Shown: positions 27,409-36,058 of the stretch, one piece after another
How the letters are laid out: every line of letters begins with the position of its first letter
Position numbering within the stretch: the stretch's first letter is position 1
Assembly (NCBI GenBank): GCA_046597595.1
Contig: JBKJKH010000651.1
Location: 1-48,327, forward strand
DNA length: 48,327 nt
Source of the DNA: Gemmatimonadaceae bacterium
GTDB taxonomy: Bacteria > Gemmatimonadota > Gemmatimonadetes > Gemmatimonadales > Gemmatimonadaceae
Direction of reading: 5' to 3'
Program-made: the position numbers and the translations under genes
Notes under the pieces: model-generated
Databases searched by the model: none
What the model saw: only the letters and a program-made list of their open reading frames with translations
What the model was told of the DNA's origin: nothing

Positions 27409-28289
27409 TGGTCAGCGCGCACGCCGCGCGCGGTGATACCGTAGAAGTCCACGAGCGTATGCACGACGCGAAGCCCGGCGGCCGCGAACCACTCCTGCAC
27501 TTCGTCAGGCGTGTGGCGGGCGCAGAGTTGCGGATGATACCAGTCGTAGTTGATCGCCGTATTGTCGTTGTGCGAGAGCGTGGGGTTCCAGTAGCACTTC
27601 ATGAAGAAATGGTAGAGCAGGCGCTGCACGTCGTAGGTGCCTGCCGGGATCTCGAGCAGGTCTACGCCCTCCACGTCCACGGTCGTGTTGAGTGCGGCCA
27701 ACGCACGGCCCAGGGCAGTGATCTGCGCACATGCGCGCATCGCCTCGTCGTACGGCAGGGGCGCGATGCGGTCGCGCACGTAGTCGTCGACGAACTCCCG
27801 AACCGGCGCTTTTTGCTTGTACACGTAAATGGCGAGCTCACCCCCCGGCGACAGCCGACGTGCGAGATTCAGGAACGCATCCCGTGGCGACGTCGTGTGA
27901 TGCAGGACTTCCTGGCAGTAGATGAAGTCAAAATCGCCAAGAGCAGTCAGGTCGGCGAGGAGATCGGCCGTTTCGATGCGCACATTGTCGTAGCGTTGGA
28001 GGTTTCTCAGCGCGACGTCGGCGGCCACGAGGTCGATGCCGACCACTTCAGTCGTCGCGGGGTCGGTAAGCTCGCGGAGCAAGGCAGTCACCCGGCCATT
28101 GCCACATCCGGCATCGAGAATGCGACGAACGCCAGCGAGATGCGCGCGCAGATCATTCGACGAGGCGAACCCGTTGCGACTCAGAATCCACGTCTGGAAG
28201 TCGGAACCGTCCCGCAGCGTCTCCGTGAACGCCAGGTCAGGGTTTTCGTGCCACTTGTCATGAAAGCTTGTCGCGGTGTTGTCTGACAT
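27405..28289 (-). CDS. Class I SAM-dependent methyltransferase
   Basis: Motif I ILDAGCGNGRVTALL, FDFIYCQEVLHH, LSPGGELAIYVY. Confidence 0.85.
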   Translation of the reverse strand: MSDNTATSFHDKWHENPDLAFTETLRDGSDFQTWILSRNGFASSNDLRAHLAGVRRILDAGCGNGRVTALLRELTDPATTEVVGIDLVAADVALRNLQRYDNVRIETADLLADLTALGDFDFIYCQEVLHHTTSPRDAFLNLARRLSPGGELAIYVYKQKAPVREFVDDYVRDRIAPLPYDEAMRACAQITALGRALAALNTTVDVEGVDLLEIPAGTYDVQRLLYHFFMKCYWNPTLSHNDNTAINYDWYHPQLCARHTPDEVQEWFAAAGLRVVHTLVDFYGITARGVRADQ

Positions 28290-28323
28290 CAGCGGAATCA
28301 GAGGGTACGGATGCGGCTGCGAA

Positions 28324-29727
28324 TCAGGTGCGATCTCTCTCGGGAGATGCAGGGTGTTGCTCGAACTCGCCTGTTACCGCATTCGTGAAGAAATGACGCG
28401 GGAGTCGCGACGTGACCAGGGGGTGCTCAACCGTTGGCCGCCGCCGGTTGTACTCCGAGGTCAGGGGATGGAAGAGATTCATCAAGTCTCGCTTCTCGCC
28501 CCTGAGGATGACGTCGTACACCGCTCCGAAGAAAAACTGGGCGGTCTCGTAGGAATGATACTTCTCGGCGTACTGCCGACCCGCACGGCCCAGCTGTTCG
28601 CGCAGCTCAGGATGCATCACGAGGGCACGCAGCACATGCACCAGCGTCTCCGGGGTCGACGAGACCACCGGACATTCGTCAAGATAGGAATATCGGCGAA
28701 ACAGGGTGGCGTAAAATCGCGGTTCCAGGTTCGACAGGACCGGCAGTCCGCTCGCCATGCCCTCAATGCCGTTGAGCGCATAGCCATAGCTGATGAACTG
28801 TTCGGCAAGGATGTCCACCGTCTGCATGGTGTCCTGCACCACGGTGTTCTTCACCCCTTCCAGCAGCACCAGCTCAACTTTCAGCCCCTCCGCGCGAAGC
28901 CGCGCTACGGCGTCGAGAAGGAACTCTGTTCCCTTGAAGGCGCGGTGATTCGGGGTATGCAGAATGCGCACGGTCGCGTTCACGCCGTTCGCGGAAGAAT
29001 AGGAGTCCTTCGCGCGCCACGACTCTGTGTCGATTGCCAGTGTGCTGTTCTGCGTGATATCCCAGCGACCAAATCCGTCGATCATGGACCCGGGAAGGAC
29101 CGCGTCGGCGTGCTGCAGCCAGTACTTGACCCGTCGAGTGGTTTCTTCCTCCTTGAATGCGAGATATCGATAGTCGGAGAGCAGGACGTGCCTCACGGAC
29201 GCCTCGCTGATCTGTGAATACAAATAGGCGTCGTACCCGACGGGGAGCACCACCACCTTGATCCCGAAGTAGTGCAGCAGTTGCGCCTCCCACCGCCAGA
29301 GCCGCGTCGCGCCGAGAGGGCCGCCGCTGAACGGGATATGGAGGACGCTGGCGTTCTTGACGATGTGGTAGAACACGAAGTACGGAACCAGCACCAGCCG
29401 TAGACTCAGCGGGTAGATGCGGTGCGATGGCACCACGTCGTCGTAGTAGAGGTCGAAGTCCTCGCGCTGGCTGATGGAATAGTGGTGCGTCATCAGCGTG
29501 ACAGAGTCCCAGCCGACGCGTCGCATGGCTTCGGACCAGTACTTGTTGTTCGTGATGGGCATGGGTCCCCAAATCAGTTGCGCCCGGCGTTTCCGCGCGA
29601 GGACGCAAGCAACCCAGATACCGGCGATCCACAGTCCAGCGATGAGTGGCCAGAGTGGTACGCGGATCACGGCATGGACGAGGCGCCAGGGGAAGAGGAC
29701 AATCCTCCGAATCACGTTCGCTGTCAT
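28324..29727 (-). CDS. Unassigned GT-B-like putative glycosyltransferase with N-terminal TM anchor (paralogue of 20770-22197)
   Basis: N-terminal hydrophobic VIRVPLWPLIAGLWIAGIWVACVLA. The C-terminal GT-B-like block is shared with 20770-22197 (see there). Confidence 0.5.
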   Translation of the reverse strand: MTANVIRRIVLFPWRLVHAVIRVPLWPLIAGLWIAGIWVACVLARKRRAQLIWGPMPITNNKYWSEAMRRVGWDSVTLMTHHYSISQREDFDLYYDDVVPSHRIYPLSLRLVLVPYFVFYHIVKNASVLHIPFSGGPLGATRLWRWEAQLLHYFGIKVVVLPVGYDAYLYSQISEASVRHVLLSDYRYLAFKEEETTRRVKYWLQHADAVLPGSMIDGFGRWDITQNSTLAIDTESWRAKDSYSSANGVNATVRILHTPNHRAFKGTEFLLDAVARLRAEGLKVELVLLEGVKNTVVQDTMQTVDILAEQFISYGYALNGIEGMASGLPVLSNLEPRFYATLFRRYSYLDECPVVSSTPETLVHVLRALVMHPELREQLGRAGRQYAEKYHSYETAQFFFGAVYDVILRGEKRDLMNLFHPLTSEYNRRRPTVEHPLVTSRLPRHFFTNAVTGEFEQHPASPERDRT

Positions 29728-30686
29728 CCGCTTCGTTCGCTCAGGACGTCCGCGATCCGGAATGGGCGGGGGGCGACGGCCACGCCGAATCCGGCGACGC
29801 CGAAGCTATTCCCGTTGTAAAAGAGATAGATCCGGTCGTCGTGCACTATCACGCTGGGATAACACAGCATGTCGTCGTCGAATCCGTTTGCCGGCACGTT
29901 GAGGCCCACGCGCGCGTCGGCCCGGTTCCACGTGATGCCATCCGTAGAGGTGGCCACTCCCATCCGATATCGCCCCGGGGGGTGCGTGACGTACGAGTAC
30001 CACATCGCATACCCATCCTCGAGGCGGAGCACCGCGGGTCGCGCGATATTCGTTTCGTGAGGCCCTGCGAAATCGATCGCGATGTGTCCGGATGCGTTCC
30101 AGGTACGACCATCCGCGGATTCCGCGTATTTCAGGTGATAAAACGACTGGAGGCTGCCATCCGCGCCTTGTTCCCAGCGTATGCCAGACACGTAATGCAT
30201 GCGCCAACGGGCACCATCACGCAGCACGTTCGGCGATGTCACAAGACACGGGTCATGCTCGCTGCGCTGCATGATCGGCGCTGGCGACACGCGGGTGAAG
30301 GTCTCGCCACGATCGTGGCTCACCGCAAGACCGATCGATGCGTAAAACAGTGGTGGCCGAACCCCCTGATTCCAGCCAATGAAATACAGGTAACGGTGCG
30401 TGTCGACATCCACGACCGACGCGGGATACACGCCGTGCTCATCGAAGCAGCCCACCGGTCCCGGCGAGAGCACCGGTGTCTCCGACACGTTGACGACGGA
30501 GGGTGCAGGCCCAAGCCGTACGTCGGCGAAGCCGACGTGCGAGCGGTGTTCCGTGCTTCTCCCAGCGAAGTAAACTCGCGTGATGCCCTCACGTACGGGG
30601 CTGGCGCTCGGCAACTGTGCATGCGAAGCCATCCAGGGAAGCCGGGCGTCAGGGCGGAACAGAAGTCCCAGTTTCTTCCATTGCAC
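29724..30686 (-). CDS. Beta-propeller protein of the GH43/GH32/GH130 (COG2152/DUF377-like) type
   Basis: Repeated blade-like blocks: GCFDEHGVYPASVV..YLYFIGW, IGLAVSHDRGETFTRV, DGARWRMHYVSG, YAESADGRTWN, EDGYAMWYSY, MGVATSTDGITWNR, DDRIYLFYNG. No signal peptide is evident. 4-nt overlap with the downstream GT-like gene. Confidence 0.45.
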   Translation of the reverse strand: MQWKKLGLLFRPDARLPWMASHAQLPSASPVREGITRVYFAGRSTEHRSHVGFADVRLGPAPSVVNVSETPVLSPGPVGCFDEHGVYPASVVDVDTHRYLYFIGWNQGVRPPLFYASIGLAVSHDRGETFTRVSPAPIMQRSEHDPCLVTSPNVLRDGARWRMHYVSGIRWEQGADGSLQSFYHLKYAESADGRTWNASGHIAIDFAGPHETNIARPAVLRLEDGYAMWYSYVTHPPGRYRMGVATSTDGITWNRADARVGLNVPANGFDDDMLCYPSVIVHDDRIYLFYNGNSFGVAGFGVAVAPRPFRIADVLSERSG

Positions 30687-30687
30687 G

Positions 30688-31335
30688 CTACGGTTCCATC
30701 ACGACGTGCATCGTCCACTCATACAGCGGGTAGTCGTGCAGCAGGGCCACGGAGCGCGAGATGCGCCGCTTGCAGAAATCCAGAAAGTAGGAGGGGTCGC
30801 CGTAGAACAATTGAGGGTCGCGCCAATCCACGTAGCTGGAGAGGAGATTGAATGCAAACCCCTTCCTGGACGTCTCGCCCAGGCGGAGGATCGTCTGCTC
30901 GATGTAAGCACGCCACTCGTCATCGGTCGCCGCGAAGCGCACGTTGAATGTCCCTGATACGAAGGCGTAGTCACAGGAGCTATCGATCTCCGCACTCTGC
31001 ACGAGCGCGACGCGAGGGTCGCTTCCATACAAGTTGCGTGCGGCAGCCAGCATCTCGGGACTGATGTCGTAGCCGCGGTACGCGGCCAACTGGACGCCGG
31101 GAATCGCATCGAGGAATGGCAACATGGCTCCGTACCCGCATCCCCAGTCATTCACGGTGATCGCGGCACCGCCGGGTCGGATCACTTGCGCGAGCTTCTC
31201 GAACCGCAACTGTTGCGATGCGGCATCCTTCCAGCCGACGCTCTTCGATGAGAGGCCATGCCTGCGAAGATTCTCGCCATATAGCTCTGAAAGCCCCTCC
31301 AGCGTTACGCGGACGTGATCCGATGAATCAGCCAT
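30688..31335 (-). CDS. Class I SAM-dependent methyltransferase (small, 215 aa)
   Basis: Motif I VNDWGCGYGAMLPFL, YRGYDISPEMLAAAR, DYAFVSGTFN. Confidence 0.8.
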   Translation of the reverse strand: MADSSDHVRVTLEGLSELYGENLRRHGLSSKSVGWKDAASQQLRFEKLAQVIRPGGAAITVNDWGCGYGAMLPFLDAIPGVQLAAYRGYDISPEMLAAARNLYGSDPRVALVQSAEIDSSCDYAFVSGTFNVRFAATDDEWRAYIEQTILRLGETSRKGFAFNLLSSYVDWRDPQLFYGDPSYFLDFCKRRISRSVALLHDYPLYEWTMHVVMEP

Positions 31336-31338
31336 GGA

Positions 31339-32001
31339 TCACAGCGAAATCTCGTCCGTGGACCTTTTGTCGGGTCGCGTCCGCTCGGTGACGAAGAGTT
31401 CCTTGTCACCCGTCGACTTCATGATGAGTGCACCGGCTCCGATAACGCACGATTGGCCAATGGTGACGCCGTCGCGCAAGGTTGCATTCACGCCGACAAA
31501 ACTGAAATCACCAATGCGGCAATTCCCGCTCACTACCACGTGCGAAGTGATGAAGCAGTGATCGCCGATCACGGAGTGATGGCCGATGTGGTTCCCACTC
31601 CACAGCACGGTATCGCTGCCAATCGTCACGAACGGTTGAATCGTGTTGTCCTCGAAGACGAATGTATTGTCGCCCACGACGTTGTTGCTCCAGAGCGTGA
31701 CACTGGGGTGCACGAAGCTCACGAGGGAATACCCTCTTGCCTTCACGTCCCCGTACAATCTTGCGCGCACCTGATTGAGCTTCGCGTAGCCGACGGCGAC
31801 AAACATTGCCACCTCGTGCGGCGGAAAGTGATGCTCGATCTCATCCAGCGGGATCAGGGGCAGGCCGAGAAAGTGATCGTCCTTCACATAGTCCCGGTCA
31901 GCCGTGAATCCCACGACGTCGTACGCCTTGAGTTCCGTGAAATAGCAATGCACGACTTCGGCGAACAGGCTGGTGCCCACGATGACCACCTTGCGAGTCA
32001 C
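31339..32001 (-). CDS. NeuD/PglD-family sugar N/O-acyltransferase (left-handed beta-helix)
   Basis: N-terminal Rossmann-like KVVIVGTSLFAEVV. Hexapeptide-repeat C-terminus (IGSDTVLWSGNHIGHHSVIGDHCFITSHVVVSGNCRIGDFSFVGVNATLRDGVTIGQSCVIGAGALI). Confidence 0.8.
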   Translation of the reverse strand: MTRKVVIVGTSLFAEVVHCYFTELKAYDVVGFTADRDYVKDDHFLGLPLIPLDEIEHHFPPHEVAMFVAVGYAKLNQVRARLYGDVKARGYSLVSFVHPSVTLWSNNVVGDNTFVFEDNTIQPFVTIGSDTVLWSGNHIGHHSVIGDHCFITSHVVVSGNCRIGDFSFVGVNATLRDGVTIGQSCVIGAGALIMKSTGDKELFVTERTRPDKRSTDEISL

Positions 32002-33077
32002 GAGACCTCCACGGGATTCGGTGCGCGGGGTAGCAGGCGGCTGAAAGGCGCCACGAAAAAGAACGGGAACTCGCGCAGGAGTTCCTCACGTGTGGCCTGC
32101 AAGATCGAGCGATCGAGCACCCGCGTATAGTAGGAGTAGTGGCGTTCCACCGTTCCCCACCGGCGTTTATAGTCGTACACGCCGGCCTGGGTGAGCCAGG
32201 TTCCACCCCAGTTCCACCAGCGACAGCCGCGCGCAACTGCGTCAACCATTGCGCGAAACACGAGCAAGCTGAGTGGTTGTGCGGAACGATGCGCCTCGAC
32301 TGTCGCCGGCGTGAAATATTCGACCGTGCCGTTGAAATAAAAACAGAGCAAGGCTGCGATCGGTTCGCCATGGAGTCGCGCGATCCACACGCCGTAGCCG
32401 GATGTCTCGAAATGCCCGGCAATCTCCGCAAAGAACTCCCACGACTTGGCGAGGCCGCCAATCGCCTGCATGTTCTCGACGTGAGTTTCATGCAGAAACC
32501 GCAGTGCGTCGTCGCCATGCGCCAGCGAGACGTCAATGCCTTCTTTCATCGCGCGGCGAATATTGCGCGGCCGAGGGTCGGAAAAGCTGCCGAGCAATTG
32601 CTGTTCGACGTCCGGACCATGCGCGGGAAGGGGCGTCAACTGTCCGATCCGTTCGTCGCGAATGGTGAAGCGCGCATCATCTTCGTATAGCGCCCGCTCC
32701 GCCGTGAATGGCGAAGTCACGATCGTCGCGGCCACGCAGTTATCCGCCTCGGCGCACGCATGGAACGCATCGATCAATGCACGCGCTGCGTCGGGTCGCG
32801 TCGTAATCACGCCGCCGTTGCTGCCATAATACGGCAACGAGTTCAACACCCGGCCGAGCGCGCCGCGCTTGCTGACCATCGCCGGCAATACCCCGACGAT
32901 CGCGCCGCCGGCATCGCGCGCGATGAGGTAGCGAGGCGTCGCGCCTGTGATCGCGACGAGGAGTGTGCGATAGGGGCTGCTGGCGTACAGGAGCGCATCC
33001 TCGTTGGTGAGGAGAAATGCGTCGTACTCGAGGGACGCCGTCGGGCTCAACTCCGACACGTGAATCTCGCCGCTCAT
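31998..33077 (-). CDS. FemAB-family / Acetyltransf_6-like protein (putative aminoacyl- or acyl-transferase)
   Basis: AIVGVLPAMVSKRGALGRVLNSLPYYGSNGGVI, and later AALLCFYFNGTVEYFTPATVEAHRSAQPLSLLVFRAM ... TQAGVYDYKRRWG. This is the pattern I recall for FemAB-like proteins of EPS loci. 4-nt overlap with the downstream NeuD-like gene. Confidence 0.6.
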   Translation of the reverse strand: MSGEIHVSELSPTASLEYDAFLLTNEDALLYASSPYRTLLVAITGATPRYLIARDAGGAIVGVLPAMVSKRGALGRVLNSLPYYGSNGGVITTRPDAARALIDAFHACAEADNCVAATIVTSPFTAERALYEDDARFTIRDERIGQLTPLPAHGPDVEQQLLGSFSDPRPRNIRRAMKEGIDVSLAHGDDALRFLHETHVENMQAIGGLAKSWEFFAEIAGHFETSGYGVWIARLHGEPIAALLCFYFNGTVEYFTPATVEAHRSAQPLSLLVFRAMVDAVARGCRWWNWGGTWLTQAGVYDYKRRWGTVERHYSYYTRVLDRSILQATREELLREFPFFFVAPFSRLLPRAPNPVEVS

Positions 33078-33086
33078 GCCGTGCCG

Positions 33087-34265
33087 TCAGCGAGCCGCGC
33101 CGGCTGCCGCCAGCTCGACCAGCGAGCCCACTACAGTCTCTGACTCCGCGTTGGTCATCCCCGCAAACAGCGGCAGCGTGATCGAGAGCTGCTGCGCCAG
33201 ATAGGCAACGGGATAGTCCGCCGGCGTGATGCGGTACTTGTTCGCGTAGAACTGGGTGTGTGCCGCAGAATGCGTACCCTGGCGCGTCGTGATGCCGCGC
33301 TCTTCCAGCGCCGTCATGAGGGCATTGCGCTGCTGGTGCAGGTCTTCGCAACGAGCCAGTGTCGGCGCTTCCGGCTGGTACACGCACACGTACGACTGTT
33401 GCCCGTGCACATAGTCCACGTGCCGGAACGGTGTCTGGAGCCACGGCACGTCCGCGAGCGCGGCATCGTACCGCGCGGCGGCGGCACGGCGCGACGCCTG
33501 GATGGCCTGTGACTTCCGCATCTGGCTCACCCCGAGGGCGCCCTGGATGTCCGTCATCCGGAAGTTGAAGCCGAGGTGCGGATACTCCGCGAGCAGGAAT
33601 GACTTCGCCTGGCCGTGACGCTGGAAGTCCGAGCGGCTCGCGCCGTGATCGCGCAACGAGCTGCACAGGGTTGCGCCCTCATCCGAGGCCGTCGTGATCA
33701 TGCCACCTTCGCCGGTGGTGATCGCCTTGCGCGGATGAAAGGAGAAGCACCCGTAGTCACCGAACACACCGGCATGCGTTCCCTTGTACCAGGAATCGAA
33801 TGCACACGCGGCGTCTTCGACCACCAACAGCCCGTGCTTCTTCGCGATGGCCATGATCGGATCCATGTCCGCGAGCAACCCGAACAGGTGGACCGGCATG
33901 ATCGCCTTTGTGCGCGACGTGATCCGCTCCTCGATCTTCGTGACATCGATGTTGAACGTGGCGAGGTCAATATCCACGAACACCGGCGTGGCCCCGACAT
34001 ACTCCACCGCGTTGGCCGTCGAGATCCACGTGAACGCCGGCACCAGCACTTCGTCCCCGGGTCCGATCCCCAGCGCGGCGAGCGCGATGTGCAGCGCGGT
34101 CGTACACGACGTCGTGGCGAGGCTGTGCCTGGCCCCGCTCATGTCGCAGAACAGTTTCTCAAACTCGCGAACAAACCTGCCTTGCACCACCCAGCCGGAC
34201 TTGAGCGGCTCCTGGATGATCGCGAAATCGGTCTCGTCGAAAACCGTCTTGGTTATTGGAATCAC
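33087..34265 (-). CDS. DegT/DnrJ/EryC1/StrS-family PLP-dependent sugar aminotransferase
   Basis: Start moved to GTG 34265 (VIPITKTVFDETDFAIIQEPLKSGWVVQG, the canonical family N-terminus). CFSFHPRKAITTGEGGMI (PLP-Lys). The ORF opens at 34424, but the extra 53 aa are Arg-rich and not family-like. Confidence 0.85.
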   Translation of the reverse strand: MIPITKTVFDETDFAIIQEPLKSGWVVQGRFVREFEKLFCDMSGARHSLATTSCTTALHIALAALGIGPGDEVLVPAFTWISTANAVEYVGATPVFVDIDLATFNIDVTKIEERITSRTKAIMPVHLFGLLADMDPIMAIAKKHGLLVVEDAACAFDSWYKGTHAGVFGDYGCFSFHPRKAITTGEGGMITTASDEGATLCSSLRDHGASRSDFQRHGQAKSFLLAEYPHLGFNFRMTDIQGALGVSQMRKSQAIQASRRAAAARYDAALADVPWLQTPFRHVDYVHGQQSYVCVYQPEAPTLARCEDLHQQRNALMTALEERGITTRQGTHSAAHTQFYANKYRITPADYPVAYLAQQLSITLPLFAGMTNAESETVVGSLVELAAAGAAR

Positions 34266-34429
34266 GCCTTTGGCCAGAAAATGTCGCCGTGTTCGATGGC
34301 GTAAGATACCCGCCCGGGACCCAAAATTCCAAGAAAGCTCCCGGCATGGTCCGTTGTTAAGTTGCACTCTCCTTAGGAGTTCGGCGCGCGCCGGCTCACG
34401 CCATCCCTGAAACTTGCCTGGCACTTCCG
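34266..34429. promoter_or_regulatory. Candidate divergent promoter region (DegT-led minus-strand train vs CE4-like/methyltransferase gene)
   Basis: 164-nt non-coding gap between divergent starts (GTG 34265 minus, ATG 34430 plus). Locally AT-richer (ccaaaattccaagaaagc, gttgttaagttgcac). Confidence 0.35.
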
Positions 34430-36031
34430 ATGCCCCTCAAGCTGACCGAACCGGTTTTCTGTTTCACTGCCGACATGGACTGGAATGCGGATTCGGCGAT
34501 CCGCGCAGAGACCGACCTGTTCGCCCGCCACGGCGCGAAGCTCACGGTGTTCGCGACGCATGCACCGCCGCTGCTGCAGGAGTCGCCGAACCTGCAAGTG
34601 GGAGTGCACCCCAACTTCCTCCCGGGCTCCACGCATGGGGGGACGATGAAAGAGGTGCTCGATCACGTCTTCGGCCTCTATCCCGAGGCCGAGACGTTCC
34701 GGTCACACTCGTACTTCGACAACCAGCAGCTGTCGGCGGAGATGAGCCAGCGCGGGATCAGGTACGACGCGAATCTCTGCCTCTACCTGCAGGACGGGCT
34801 GGCCCCACTCGCGCATTGTCACGGTTCGTGGCGCTTCCCGAGCTTTCTGGATGACAATATCCACTGGTTTCACGGCGGCTCCTGGAAGCTGGAGGACATC
34901 AAGGCAAAGCTGTTTACTCCCGGCCTCAAGATCTTCAATTTCCACCCGTACCCTGTCGCGCTGAACATCCCCACCCTCGCGTACTATCACGCGAAGCGGT
35001 CGCTTCTCAAGACACTCTCTCCAGACGACATCGCGGCGCATCGGTACAGCGGGGCCGGACCGGAGACGTTCCTGGAGGAACTCCTGGCGTTTCTCCAGCC
35101 GCGGGCCGAAACACACCTGCTCCGGGATCTCTACCGGGCCCACATTGACGACGCCGGTGAGCGACCGCGGGACATCGCTGGCCGGCCGGCGGTCAAGGCG
35201 GATTACGCGACGGCCAGCGAGGAGGAGCGCAAGGCGCTGGTCCGGGATCAGTACAACCGCATGGACGCGACCAACATCTACATCACGTCCCGCGACTTCC
35301 ACCTTCGTGAGCTCGAGATCGCGGCCATCAAGCGCAGGATCTCTTCCGGCAGTATCCTCGATTGCGGATGTGGCAACGGGTACACGCTCCTGTCCCTTGC
35401 CAAGGTGCTGCCCGGCGTCCGCATGAAAGGCGTGGACTTCTCCGAAAACCTCATTGCCGGCGCCAATACGCTGAAGGCGCAATTCGCAGCGGAGCTCAAG
35501 TCGACGCCCGAGTTTGAGGTGGACGACATCTTCCGGTATATCGCGCACGACGCCGAAACGTTCGATGTGATCATCACCGAGCGCGTGATTGTCAACCTTC
35601 CCACCGAAGCGCTCCAGGAGGAGATTATCCTGGGCATCATCCGAAAGCTGAAGCCCGGTGGCAGCTACCTCATGGTGGAAGGAACGCTCGAAGGCTTCGC
35701 GCGGCTGAACGTGCTGCGCGCCGATGCCGGTCTCGAAACCATTCCTGACGTGTATCCGGGGAACGAGAGCTCGAAGAAGCCGGAAGAAGATCGCATTCGG
35801 GCCATCGTCCAGCAGTCAGGCGTCGCCGAGATTGTCGCGGTCGACAACTTCAGCTTCTACAATCTCGTCTCCAAGATTGTGCATCCGCTGCTCGTCGCGC
35901 CGGAGCAGCCGCAATTCTCAGCGAAGATCAATCAATTTGCCGCGCTGGCGCAGGAGGGGCTCTCGCGGGCAGGCATCGCGCTGCCCGATATCGGCGCCGG
36001 AAAGCTGTTCGTAATTCGCCGCATGCCGTAG
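34430..36031 (+). CDS. Two-domain protein: N-terminal ArnD/CE4-like domain (tentative) fused to C-terminal class I SAM methyltransferase
   Basis: N-terminal VFCFTADMDWNADSAIRAETDLFARHGAKLTVFATH ... VGVHPNF. C-terminal motif I ILDCGCGNGYTLLSL, FDVIITERVIVNL, LKPGGSYLMVEG. A single-gene plus-strand block between two minus-strand blocks. Confidence 0.6.
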   Translation: MPLKLTEPVFCFTADMDWNADSAIRAETDLFARHGAKLTVFATHAPPLLQESPNLQVGVHPNFLPGSTHGGTMKEVLDHVFGLYPEAETFRSHSYFDNQQLSAEMSQRGIRYDANLCLYLQDGLAPLAHCHGSWRFPSFLDDNIHWFHGGSWKLEDIKAKLFTPGLKIFNFHPYPVALNIPTLAYYHAKRSLLKTLSPDDIAAHRYSGAGPETFLEELLAFLQPRAETHLLRDLYRAHIDDAGERPRDIAGRPAVKADYATASEEERKALVRDQYNRMDATNIYITSRDFHLRELEIAAIKRRISSGSILDCGCGNGYTLLSLAKVLPGVRMKGVDFSENLIAGANTLKAQFAAELKSTPEFEVDDIFRYIAHDAETFDVIITERVIVNLPTEALQEEIILGIIRKLKPGGSYLMVEGTLEGFARLNVLRADAGLETIPDVYPGNESSKKPEEDRIRAIVQQSGVAEIVAVDNFSFYNLVSKIVHPLLVAPEQPQFSAKINQFAALAQEGLSRAGIALPDIGAGKLFVIRRMP

Positions 36032-36058
36032 TGCCTCACGACTCCCGCGTCCAGAGGA

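Noticed and set aside
34419-34433. Sigma-54-like element TGGCAC-N5-ATGC (GG-N10-GC spacing)
   Set aside because: The -12-like element is the ATG start codon of 34430-36031 itself, so a transcript from it would lack the start. The next in-frame Met (34475) would delete the conserved FTADMDW N-terminus. It is most likely a chance match, and worth revisiting only if TSS mapping shows a start near 34445.
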